Below, piece by piece: positions 1 to 8,421 of a stretch of 33,914 nt of DNA. The translations under genes and the position numbers were made by a program. How positions within the stretch are numbered: the first letter of the stretch is position 1; every line of letters starts with the position of its first letter. The notes under the pieces were generated by a model. The model saw only the letters and a list, made by a program, of their open reading frames with translations, ran no database searches and was not told the origin of the DNA. The stretch comes from Woeseiaceae bacterium (GTDB taxonomy: Bacteria > Pseudomonadota > Gammaproteobacteria > Steroidobacterales > Woeseiaceae): positions 1-33,914 of the forward strand of contig JBAUVS010000592.1 of the NCBI GenBank assembly GCA_049583345.1, in the 5' to 3' direction.

Positions 1-662
1 GTGCCGTTGGTCTTGGCATACGAGTCCAGGCGCGGCACGCGCGTACCGATGAGGTCGAAGTCCTCGGGTTTCTTGAGCACGGGCTCGGCCGGCGGCGTGA
101 TGTCCGCCGCGGCCAGGGCCAGCTCGCCGAACGTGGCCTCTTCTCCCGATCCCTTGTGTGCAAGCCGGCCCTTGTGGACCGTGATCTCGGACGCCGGCAC
201 GCCCCACTTCGCCGCCGCCGCCCCCACCAGCATCGCCCGCGCTCCGGCCGCCGCGGTCCTGAGCTGCATCCAGGAATTGGCCACCGAAGAGGAGCCGCCG
301 GTGCCCTGGAACGGGCCGAAGAACAGGTTGTTGTAAACACTCGCATCCGCAGGCGCGAATTCGGCCCGCATCTGCGACCAGTCCGCGTCGAGTTCCTCGG
401 CGACGATGGTCGGGAGGCCCGTCGTCACGCCCTGGCCCTTGTCGAGATGCTTGACGACGACGGTCACGGTGTCGTCGGTCGCAATCCGGATGAACGGACC
501 CATCTCGGCCACGCTCGCGGCCGTCTCGCCTGCACCGCCGCCGCCCGAGCGGCTGCAAGCGATGATGAAGCCGGTGCCGGCCAGGCCGACGACTTGCAGG
601 AAGCCACGCCGGCTCAGCGTCGCGGCGGGGGGAGCGAATCGATGTCCAGGTCTTTCCAACAT
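1..662 (-). CDS. Molybdopterin-binding large subunit of an IorAB-type aldehyde oxidase / isoquinoline 1-oxidoreductase; N-terminal part only, gene runs off the left edge
   Basis: Not in the ORF track because there is no stop in the window. The reverse frame starts at ATG 662-660, 1 nt after the stop of the upstream 2Fe-2S gene. It reads MLERPGHRFAPPAATLSRRGFLQVVGLAGTGFIIACSRSGGGG...TVTVVVKHLDKGQGVTTGLPTIVAEELDADWSQMRAEF...NNLFFGPFQGTGGSSS; 301-662 translated codon by codon without stops, 3-300 read by eye only. It has a twin-arginine signal (SRRGFL) and follows the typical small-subunit then large-subunit gene order. Confidence 0.8.
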   Translation of the reverse strand, partial: MLERPGHRFAPPAATLSRRGFLQVVGLAGTGFIIACSRSGGGGAGETAASVAEMGPFIRIATDDTVTVVVKHLDKGQGVTTGLPTIVAEELDADWSQMRAEFAPADASVYNNLFFGPFQGTGGSSSVANSWMQLRTAAAGARAMLVGAAAAKWGVPASEITVHKGRLAHKGSGEEATFGELALAAADITPPAEPVLKKPEDFDLIGTRVPRLDSYAKTNG

Positions 663-663
663 G

Positions 664-1125
664 TCAGCCCCTCAATTTTTCGGCCGCGAGGTGTATCGCC
701 GCCCGGATACGCACGTACGTCCCACAGCGGCACAGATTGCCGCTCATCGCCTCGTCGATCGCCTCGTCGTCGGGCGACGGGTTCGCCTCGAGCAAGGCCG
801 TGGCGGAGATCATCTGGCCCGATTGACAATATCCGCACTGCACCACATCGAGGTCCCGCCAGGCCGAGCGCACCGCCTCGGCGGCCGGACTCGTAACACC
901 CTCGACCGTCGTCACGCTGCGGCCGCCGACCGCGGACAGCGGCAGCACGCAGGACCGCGTCGAGCGGCCGTCGATCTGTACCGAACAGGCGCCGCACTGC
1001 GCTATGCCGCAGCCGTACTTGGTGCCGGTCAGGCCAAGGTCTTCGCGCAGCACCCACAACAGCGGTTTGTCGGCGGCAGCGTCGACCGTGTGCATCTTGC
1101 CGTTGACCGTAATCTCCGTTGGCAT
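664..1125 (-). CDS. (2Fe-2S)-binding small subunit of the molybdoenzyme (IorA-like)
   Basis: 153 aa. It carries two [2Fe-2S] cysteine clusters, [12 protein letters not shown] and CGYCQSGQ...CRCGTY, characteristic of xanthine dehydrogenase-family iron-sulfur subunits. Confidence 0.9.
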   Translation of the reverse strand: MPTEITVNGKMHTVDAAADKPLLWVLREDLGLTGTKYGCGIAQCGACSVQIDGRSTRSCVLPLSAVGGRSVTTVEGVTSPAAEAVRSAWRDLDVVQCGYCQSGQMISATALLEANPSPDDEAIDEAMSGNLCRCGTYVRIRAAIHLAAEKLRG

Positions 1126-1304
1126 ATTTCAGTCCTCGAATCACGGGTTGCAGTTCCAGGAGCGACGTCGCATCGCCCTGCCTCAAAGATACCAGATAGC
1201 GAATGCCTGGCAATGAATACGGTTGCATCGGGTCGTGGCTACCGGTCGGATTGCTACAATGGCGCAGACAAGAGGATGAACCGACCTGCTCAGGGGGGGT
1301 ACGA

Positions 1305-3344
1305 ATGAACAAGATTGCCGCGGCCGCCCTGGCCGTCGTTCTGCTGCTGGTCACCACCGTCGTCAATGCCGCCCTGACGCTGTCCTCGCCGGACGGCCAG
1401 ATCGTCGTGACGGTCGACGTCGACGATCACGGCCAGCCCGACTATTCGGTTGCCTATCGGGGCCGGATCGTCGTCATGCCATCGCAGCTGGGCCTGCGTT
1501 TCAGGGATCGCTATCCTCTGGACTCGGCCCTGACGATCGCGTCCTCGCAGACGCGCAAGAGAGATGGGACGTGGGAACAGCCCTGGGGCGAGCGCCGGCT
1601 GGTCCGCGATGTCTTCAACGAACTGACCGTGAACCTGACTTCGACACAGGGCCCCGATCGGAAATTCTCGCTCGTCTTCCGCGCGTACGACGACGGCATC
1701 GGTTTCCGCTACATCGTGCCGAAGCAGCCGTATTACGGCGACGTCGCGATCGTCGACGAATTGACAATGTTCACCATCGATCCGGACGCCACGGCCTGGT
1801 GGATACCCGGTCGCGGCTGGAACCGCTACGAATACCTGTATCACGAGACGAAGGTGAGTGACATCATGTTGGCGCACACGCCTGCGACGTTCCGGCTGGC
1901 CGATGGCACGCACCTCTCCCTGCACGAGGCGGCGCTCGTCGACTATCCCGGCTACGTGCTCGACCAGCGCCGTCCCGGCGAACTGCAAACCAACCTGACG
2001 CCGCTATCCGGCGGCCCACGCGCACTGAAATCCACGCCCTTCTCGACGCCGTGGCGCACGATCCAGATCGCGCCGGATGCCGTCGGACTCCTGAACTCCA
2101 GTCTTATCCTGAATCTCAACGAGCCCAACAAGCTCGGTGACGTGTCCTGGGTCGAGCCCGGCCGCTACGTCGGCATCTGGTGGGCGATGCATCTCGGCAA
2201 GAAAACCTGGGGTTCGGGACCGAATCACGGCGCAACGACGGCGGAGACGGAACGTTACATGGATTTCGCCGCAGCCAACGGATTCTCGGGTGTGCTCGTC
2301 GAAGGCTGGAATATCGGCTGGGACGGCGACTGGTATTCGAATGGCGCCGGCTTCAGTTTCACGAAGCCGTATCCGGACTTCGACCTGAAAGCCGTTACCG
2401 CTTACGGCGCGAAGAAGGGCGTCCGGCTGATCGGGCACAACGAGACGTCGGGCAACATCACCAACTACGAGAACCAGATGGAGGCGGCATACGCACTTTA
2501 CGAGTCGCTGGGCATACGGCAGGTCAAGACGGGTTACGTGGCGAACGGCGGCGGTTTGCAACGGGTGGACGGCAACGGCATCACGCATTACGAATGGCAC
2601 GACAGCCAGATCGGCGTCAATCACTACCTGAAGAGCGTTAAAGAAGCCGCCAAGCATAAGGTCAGCATCATCACCCATGAACCCATCAAGGACACCGGTC
2701 TGCGCCGCACCTATCCGAACTGGATCAGCCGCGAGGGTGCGCGCGGACAGGAGTTCAATGCCTGGGGCGAACCGCCCAATCCGCCCTCGCATACGGCGAC
2801 CCTGCCCTATACGCGCCTGCTCGCAGGCCCCATGGATTTCACGCCCGGCATCTTCGACCTGACGTTCAAGGGCCCCGATGCCGAGCAGCGCGTCTCGACG
2901 ACGCTGATGAAACAGCTCGCGCTGTACGTCGTCATCTACGCGCCGGTGCAGATGGCCGCCGATCTGCCGGAAAACTACGCGAAGTATCCTGACGCATTCC
3001 GCTTTATTACGTCCGTCCCCACCGACTGGGAGCGCAGTGTGGCGCTCGCCGGCGAGGTCGGCGACTACGTCGTCTTCGCAAGGCAGCGGCGCGGCGGACA
3101 GGACTGGTACATCGGCGCGCTGACGAACGAGGACGGCCGGACCCTGTCGGTGCCGCTCGACTTCCTCACGCCCGGCATGCGCTACACCGCGACGATCTAT
3201 CACGACGGCGACAATGCCGACTGGCACGACAATCCCTACGACTATGCGATCGACACCAAGGAAGTCGATAGCACGACGGCGCTGGAATTGAGGCTGGCTC
3301 CGGGCGGCGGCGCGGCGATATCCCTGATTCCCGATAGCCGTTGA
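1305..3344 (+). CDS. Glycoside hydrolase family 97 (alpha-glucosidase/alpha-galactosidase type), exported
   Basis: I prefer the internal start MNKIAAAALAVVLLL (ATG 1305, preceded by GGGGGG), which gives a signal peptide. GH97-like blocks include GIGFRY, WWAMHLGKKTW, GFSGVLVEGWN, IGHNETSG, VKTGYV and HEPIKDTGLRRTYPNWISREGARGQE. Confidence 0.85.
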   Translation: MNKIAAAALAVVLLLVTTVVNAALTLSSPDGQIVVTVDVDDHGQPDYSVAYRGRIVVMPSQLGLRFRDRYPLDSALTIASSQTRKRDGTWEQPWGERRLVRDVFNELTVNLTSTQGPDRKFSLVFRAYDDGIGFRYIVPKQPYYGDVAIVDELTMFTIDPDATAWWIPGRGWNRYEYLYHETKVSDIMLAHTPATFRLADGTHLSLHEAALVDYPGYVLDQRRPGELQTNLTPLSGGPRALKSTPFSTPWRTIQIAPDAVGLLNSSLILNLNEPNKLGDVSWVEPGRYVGIWWAMHLGKKTWGSGPNHGATTAETERYMDFAAANGFSGVLVEGWNIGWDGDWYSNGAGFSFTKPYPDFDLKAVTAYGAKKGVRLIGHNETSGNITNYENQMEAAYALYESLGIRQVKTGYVANGGGLQRVDGNGITHYEWHDSQIGVNHYLKSVKEAAKHKVSIITHEPIKDTGLRRTYPNWISREGARGQEFNAWGEPPNPPSHTATLPYTRLLAGPMDFTPGIFDLTFKGPDAEQRVSTTLMKQLALYVVIYAPVQMAADLPENYAKYPDAFRFITSVPTDWERSVALAGEVGDYVVFARQRRGGQDWYIGALTNEDGRTLSVPLDFLTPGMRYTATIYHDGDNADWHDNPYDYAIDTKEVDSTTALELRLAPGGGAAISLIPDSR

Positions 3345-3356
3345 CTGCGCCCGGTC

Positions 3357-4394
3357 TTACTGCCGGGATCCTTCCACCTCCCGGGCGACCCAGTCCACGA
3401 TAAGTTGTGCGATCTGGTCGCTGTTCCTGTCGAGCATCATCATGTGATCGTTTCCGTGAATCCCGATCGCCGGAAGGTGCAGATTCGTGCCGCTGCCGCC
3501 GGCAGCGTTCAGAGCGTCCACGAACGGCTGACAGTGAGGCTTTGGTTCAGTGTAGTCCCCGGTGATTACCAGAAAGGGCGTGTTCCTGTACAAGCCCGCG
3601 TCTTCCACGGGTGGGCAGCCACCTTCAACGCTTACGGCTCCTTTCAGCATGCCGGGGTGCGCGCGGACGATCCCGGGTATTTCCGACCCACCTTGTGAAT
3701 GGCCAATGTATATGAAGCCCCCGATCCGGTCGACAAGCGCCACTACGTCCCCGTCCAGCGCTGGATACGACTGCGCTTTCGGCGAATTCCTGAGCTCGGT
3801 GCTGAAATCCGGCACGAGCTGGGCGAAGTACTGATCTGCCGCTTCGACAGGAAACTGCGATTCCGGATAGATTTCGCCGATCGTCGGACCGAAGCGGAAA
3901 GTGGACCAGCCTTTGTACCCGATCGTCGTCGCTGCCGGAAGGCGATCGGCATCGCCTCGCGCGACTGCGGCGATCGGCTCCAGATCAAACGCCGATTTCC
4001 CGCGCCACGGCTTGTCGACCCAGTAGGTCTTGAATCCCGCACGAGTGAAGTAAACCGCCCAACCGTCGCGCCCGTCAGGCGTTTCTTCCCAGGTCTTTCC
4101 CGTGTGCCAGGCTCCGTGGACCAGGACCAGCGGCAACTCGTGAGCGACTCGCGACGGGATGAGATATTGGACATACATCTGGTCCACTCTCACTTTGTCG
4201 GGCACTTCGTCCCTCGGTTCCAGCGAACTGCTGCTTCGATATGGTACGTCCTTGACGCGTCCGCCAACGAAAAAGCTCCCGAACTTCGAAAGGACGAGCG
4301 GGTCATTTCCGGCGCTTGCACCCACGGGGACGTGGAGCAAAGACGTGAAGATGGCCAACGCTGCCAATGGTTTGATTTGCAGGCGAAGCCGCAT
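3357..4394 (-). CDS. Exported alpha/beta-fold hydrolase (esterase/lipase-like)
   Basis: The start at ATG 4394 is preceded by AGGAGG and gives the signal peptide MRLRLQIKPLAALAIFTSLLHVPVGASA. It has a nucleophile elbow GHSQGG and an HG oxyanion-type motif VLVHGAWHTG. The longer track ORF (to 4586) adds an Arg-rich non-signal extension. Confidence 0.75.
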   Translation of the reverse strand: MRLRLQIKPLAALAIFTSLLHVPVGASAGNDPLVLSKFGSFFVGGRVKDVPYRSSSSLEPRDEVPDKVRVDQMYVQYLIPSRVAHELPLVLVHGAWHTGKTWEETPDGRDGWAVYFTRAGFKTYWVDKPWRGKSAFDLEPIAAVARGDADRLPAATTIGYKGWSTFRFGPTIGEIYPESQFPVEAADQYFAQLVPDFSTELRNSPKAQSYPALDGDVVALVDRIGGFIYIGHSQGGSEIPGIVRAHPGMLKGAVSVEGGCPPVEDAGLYRNTPFLVITGDYTEPKPHCQPFVDALNAAGGSGTNLHLPAIGIHGNDHMMMLDRNSDQIAQLIVDWVAREVEGSRQ

Positions 4395-4534
4395 AGTACT
4401 TTCCCTCCTGTTGGGGAACTGTTTTCCCGGTTTCCGTTGAGTACGATGTCGATGCGTCGATATACCGTTCGTTGTGCGGATGATCTCGGCCACGCAAGGA
4501 TCGGAGCTTTTCCGGTTTAGACGGCGGACGTCCG

Positions 4535-5965
4535 TCATGCCGCCTGGATTATTTCTTCGTGATAAACCGTGCCGTCGACGCCGCAATGCTGGAGCACGAT
4601 CTTCGGCCCGCCACCGTCCCTTGATACGTCGACGTGGAAGAAGCCGCCCTTGATATTCAAGTATCGGTGCATGCCCGTCCGCTGGTCTTCCGAGAACAGC
4701 CCCGCATGGGCGTCCGTCGTCGGACCGACACTGTATTCGCGGAGCCCGGTGATCGGATCAACGGAAACGTACTGCCAGTGACGGTCGCCACATACGACGA
4801 TGGTGTTCTTTTGCGCCGCCAGGAATGCCCGAAGCTCGTCACCTTCGTGTTTGAAGGCATCGTTGGCATGGTTATCCGCCTTGCCGGGCTTGTCCGGGCC
4901 GACGAGGGGCGTGGGACTCACGAGTATCCTGAACGTTGCGTCGGACTTCTCGAACGTTTCGTAAAACCATTGCTTCTGTGCACTCCCCCAGATGGATTTG
5001 TCCGGACCATCCGGTACCGTATTCGGCGTTCTGAACTCCCTGCCTTCCATGAGCCACAACTCGACGTCACGTCCCCAGCGCACGGTACGGTACGGTACAG
5101 GCCCCGACGGCAACTGTTCGCGCCGAATTGCAAGACCCTGAGCAAACGTGAGATCGCCGAAGCGTTGTCCGGGCCAACAATCGTCGCGCAGCGTATCGTG
5201 GTCGTCCTTCATGAAATATGCCACGTGATTCCGGTGAAACTCGCGCAGGAACGGTTCCGCGTAGATGCGCCGCCATTTGAAACGCGCGGCTTCGACGGTC
5301 GTAGCGAATGGTTTCGGGATATCGTAGTACTCCTGGTCACCCGTGTGGATCAGGAAGTCGAGCCCGAGGCTGTTCATCGTTTCGTAGATGGTGTGTCCGT
5401 TCACCGGATCGTCCCTGCGGTGGTAGTCCTGACAGGTGATGATGGCGAACGTCGCCCTCGTCTCCGACGCGGCTTCCGGCGCCGTCCGGAAACTCCCGTC
5501 GAACGCGACGATCTGCGCTTCGTCCACTCCGGACAGGCGGCCTTCGGCCCGAACACGATACGCCGTCGCCGGCTCGAGGTTCTTCAGGTGGAACTGATGC
5601 GCGTGATCGGTCGACTCGTCGACGTCCTCCCAGTTTGTTGACAGCGAGTGTTCCGGCCGCGTCTCGGGCCAGTAAACGATGCGTAACTGGCCGTCGGCGC
5701 CGGGGACGCTGCCGACCATTTTCGGGAGCAGCTCGAGGCGCTTGCCGCCGACGCCGTCGTCGTCCCGGATGCGCAATCCGTCGCTCACCATGTCCTGCAC
5801 CGCCGTGAGTCGACCCCATACGATCGCCGAATCAACGTTGGCTTCGCCGACTTTGATGCCGTTTGCCATATACGCGCGAACGGGCTTGGCGGCACCGGTT
5901 TCGATTCCGGCATAGAGCCAGGCAATCGCCCCGAGCAATCTTGCAATAAAATCCTTTCTCGTCAT
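4535..5965 (-). CDS. PhoD-like alkaline phosphatase / metallophosphoesterase
   Basis: 476 aa. Metallophosphoesterase blocks are FLIHTGDQEYYD, FMKDDHDTLRDD and VVCGDRHWQY. The N-terminus MTRKDFIARLLG resembles a degenerate Tat-type leader. Confidence 0.7.
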   Translation of the reverse strand: MTRKDFIARLLGAIAWLYAGIETGAAKPVRAYMANGIKVGEANVDSAIVWGRLTAVQDMVSDGLRIRDDDGVGGKRLELLPKMVGSVPGADGQLRIVYWPETRPEHSLSTNWEDVDESTDHAHQFHLKNLEPATAYRVRAEGRLSGVDEAQIVAFDGSFRTAPEAASETRATFAIITCQDYHRRDDPVNGHTIYETMNSLGLDFLIHTGDQEYYDIPKPFATTVEAARFKWRRIYAEPFLREFHRNHVAYFMKDDHDTLRDDCWPGQRFGDLTFAQGLAIRREQLPSGPVPYRTVRWGRDVELWLMEGREFRTPNTVPDGPDKSIWGSAQKQWFYETFEKSDATFRILVSPTPLVGPDKPGKADNHANDAFKHEGDELRAFLAAQKNTIVVCGDRHWQYVSVDPITGLREYSVGPTTDAHAGLFSEDQRTGMHRYLNIKGGFFHVDVSRDGGGPKIVLQHCGVDGTVYHEEIIQAA

Positions 5966-6027
5966 GATTTACTGTCCCGTCGAGCTTGCGTGTTTATGTC
6001 GCGCCTGTCGGCGACTCGTGCACCTGA

Positions 6028-7941
6028 CTAGTGGCAACTCTTTGAATCTCGAGATGTGTCGCATGGCACATACCAGATTGGCGAGGAGAACGCCCTCTCC
6101 TGTGTGATCATGGGAACGTCTTCCGGTATGTTCGTAAGCTGGAAATATTTCGCGTCATATGCCGTCCAGCGGGGAGTCGGAATCTCTATGACTCGCAGGT
6201 AGTAGAACGCGAGTTCCCGACGATCGAAGTCCGGATCTTCCCACACGACTGCGAGTTCCTGAGCACCAATGCTGTTCGTATACGAAGCATCCTCGACGTT
6301 TACCGTGTTGCCCACCGGCGGCGCGGCGCCATTCGGATCGACGCTGCGGCCGTCTGACAGCGCGACATTGTAGATTCTCTCGTGTAGCAGCCCGTCGATA
6401 CTCCGCCAACCCTTGATGACTTGTATGCGATCGAGATTGGCGCCTTCCGGATCTCGCAATGCGCGGATCATGAAGCGCGGGGAGACGCCGGTCTGCGCGC
6501 CAGTCAGCGTGCCGCCCATTGGAACGCCCTTCGCATAGCCGATACGCACAAAATCGGGCTTCAATGCATCGTTTGCGTCGTACTCCCATCCTCCGAAAAA
6601 CCGTACGGTGATCCTCGGGCCCGTGGAGGCGTAGACCTCCTTGCGCTTCATCGCGTCAAAGAGCGACTGCCGCGTATTCTCCTGTGCCCAGACGGCGGTA
6701 TAGCCGGCCGCCGAGTAATTCCAGGTTGCGTCGCGAATAACAGTCGACGTGGGCTCGAAAATCCGGATGGGACTCGGTTCGCCCAGCGTCATTTTGCCCC
6801 AGAAATTGTCTTCGTCAGCCGTGGACAACGAAGTGTGGGCGTCTGTACCTCCTGCCATTCCGAATTTGAATGGGTTGATGCCGAGCTTGGCCTGCATGGC
6901 CAGCCCGTTCTTCAGAATGCTTCGAACGTACCCGTATTGCTCTATCTTCGGATCCTTGCTTTCGCTTCGGAAGTCCCATATTTCATAGTCGGCAAATTCG
7001 TCATTGACCGCGAGCAAGGGATGAGTTTCGCTCGTGCCCTTTATCTGCGTGACCTCCACGAGCGGTTCCCAACGGGAGCGGGTAGTTGCATAGGCCGCGT
7101 TGATCGGCTTTCCGTAGGAATCCACCAGTGGGGCCTGTTTGCCGGCGCTGAGGTTGCCGTTGTGGGGTATCGCAAGTACTTCCCCTCCGGTCTTGGCCTG
7201 ATAATTTTCGAGGTATCGCCAGAGATCCTCGGGGTTCCTGCTATCCGCTTCCGAGAAAGGCAGGACCCGGCTCGCCTTGTCCGCGTTGTCGCGAAAAATG
7301 ACTACCCGATGAATGGCGCCGGGAGACCACTCGAATCCTATGAATGCGGTGAATCGACCCGGATCATTGTAACGATCCGCCAGCGCCGTTACGTCATCCC
7401 ATACATAGTGTCTGTACCCAAAGTCTCTGACATCATCGTCCGCACGTATTGCCTTAACTACCTCGTTGTTCATGCGAACGAGGCGAGTGTGCTGATCGAG
7501 TCCCTCGGCATCCTGAATCTCGCGGAATCTGTTGTACAGGATTCGACCTTGTTCGGTCGCAAGCAGGCGCGGATCGGCCGTGTCGAGGTCTCGCATGACC
7601 CCCAGCCCTTCCGCGTGGTCAGAAACGACCAGAAAGTCCAATGGCCGCCGTAGCCTGACCTGCATCCCGTTGTGCGCGGTCACCGCTTCACCCCGGGCGA
7701 AGCGGAAGGCCTCCGCCGGGCCCAGGTACTTGTCACCGTCGCGATTCGCATCCACGGACAAGCTCGTGTGCAGATGCGTGTCTCCCCAGAACACCCTTTT
7801 CGGGTAGGCATCGCGCACATATGGAGAATAACTCGCGCCTTCGGCGAGACACGTCGATGCGACAACCGACAGCACGACTGCGGCCGCAAGCAGGGAGCTG
7901 AGTCTTGCGGAGGGCATTCCAGTTCTTGATTCGAACTTCAT
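6028..7941 (-). CDS. DUF3604 domain protein (PHP-like metal-dependent hydrolase fold, function unknown), exported
   Basis: 637 aa with a signal peptide (LSSLLAAAVVLSVVASTCLAEG). It has the hallmark N-terminal block FWGDTHLHTSLSVDA followed by VVSDHAEGLG. The true start may be the internal MPSARL. Confidence 0.75.
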   Translation of the reverse strand: MKFESRTGMPSARLSSLLAAAVVLSVVASTCLAEGASYSPYVRDAYPKRVFWGDTHLHTSLSVDANRDGDKYLGPAEAFRFARGEAVTAHNGMQVRLRRPLDFLVVSDHAEGLGVMRDLDTADPRLLATEQGRILYNRFREIQDAEGLDQHTRLVRMNNEVVKAIRADDDVRDFGYRHYVWDDVTALADRYNDPGRFTAFIGFEWSPGAIHRVVIFRDNADKASRVLPFSEADSRNPEDLWRYLENYQAKTGGEVLAIPHNGNLSAGKQAPLVDSYGKPINAAYATTRSRWEPLVEVTQIKGTSETHPLLAVNDEFADYEIWDFRSESKDPKIEQYGYVRSILKNGLAMQAKLGINPFKFGMAGGTDAHTSLSTADEDNFWGKMTLGEPSPIRIFEPTSTVIRDATWNYSAAGYTAVWAQENTRQSLFDAMKRKEVYASTGPRITVRFFGGWEYDANDALKPDFVRIGYAKGVPMGGTLTGAQTGVSPRFMIRALRDPEGANLDRIQVIKGWRSIDGLLHERIYNVALSDGRSVDPNGAAPPVGNTVNVEDASYTNSIGAQELAVVWEDPDFDRRELAFYYLRVIEIPTPRWTAYDAKYFQLTNIPEDVPMITQERAFSSPIWYVPCDTSRDSKSCH

Positions 7942-8098
7942 GCTAGCGTCCCTGGTGGCGAGTTTGCGCCATTATTCTGCGTGTGCATTCTGAATCCTCT
8001 TCAAATACTCCGGTCGGGCGTTTTCCTTCCATGGCCGAGGCTTCCGGCCGACAGGTCCCGGCATCCGTTGACATAAAAATTCGAACCGCCATGGTGCG

Positions 8099-8153
8099 GC
8101 TTGACCCTGTAACGAAATTCTATTACATTGAATAGAAAGATAAAAGATTGAAT
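8099..8153 (+). promoter_or_regulatory. Conserved promoter/operator module, copy A (upstream of TonB-dependent receptor 1)
   Basis: Sequence GCTTGACCCtgtaacgaaATTCTATTACATTGAATAGAAAGATAAAAGATTGAAT. TTGACC (8101-8106) is followed by 17 nt and TACATT (8124-8129). ATTGAATA occurs twice, 20 bp apart (8127, 8147). A 7-bp inverted repeat TTCTATT/AATAGAA spans 8118-8137. It aligns without gaps to copy B at 12039-12093 (28 of 39 positions identical from the ATTC onward) and to copy D. Confidence 0.55.
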
Positions 8154-8421
8154 ATGCTGACAGCATGCTCCTATGACCCAGAATCGCGTCCCGCCCACTG
8201 CCTTGTCGTTCCCCCGGGTCTCGGGTACGAGCGCGGCTGTTGCGAGCCCGGGTCTTTGGTGGCACTTCGTCCAACGCGGCTTATTGCTCGTATCTCACGC
8301 ATTCGAGGTATGCCACATTCACTTAACCCAACCTGAGTCCATTCCACAACTGACAACGCACTGACTCACCGGAAGCTTCGGGAGAGTTGGCCTTGATAAA
8401 CGCAATCATTGGGGGAATTCC

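Noticed and set aside
2004-3227. 407-aa reverse ORF, and similar long antisense or off-frame ORFs (406..1308 +, 614..1366 -, 4634..5641 +, 6421..7653 +, 15125..15781 +, 18187..19143 +, 25803..26447 -)
   Set aside because: All overlap genes with strong family signatures. All have an Arg/Gly/Pro-biased composition typical of non-coding frames in GC-rich DNA.
3357-4586. Longest-ORF N-terminal extensions of several genes (3357..4586, 1203..3344, 19884..21341, 22126..23406, 30519..31847, 16821..17372, 17350..18087, 29070..30344)
   Set aside because: Internal starts give proper signal peptides or family-typical N-termini and have better RBS spacing. The extensions are Arg-rich or AT-rich and look non-coding.
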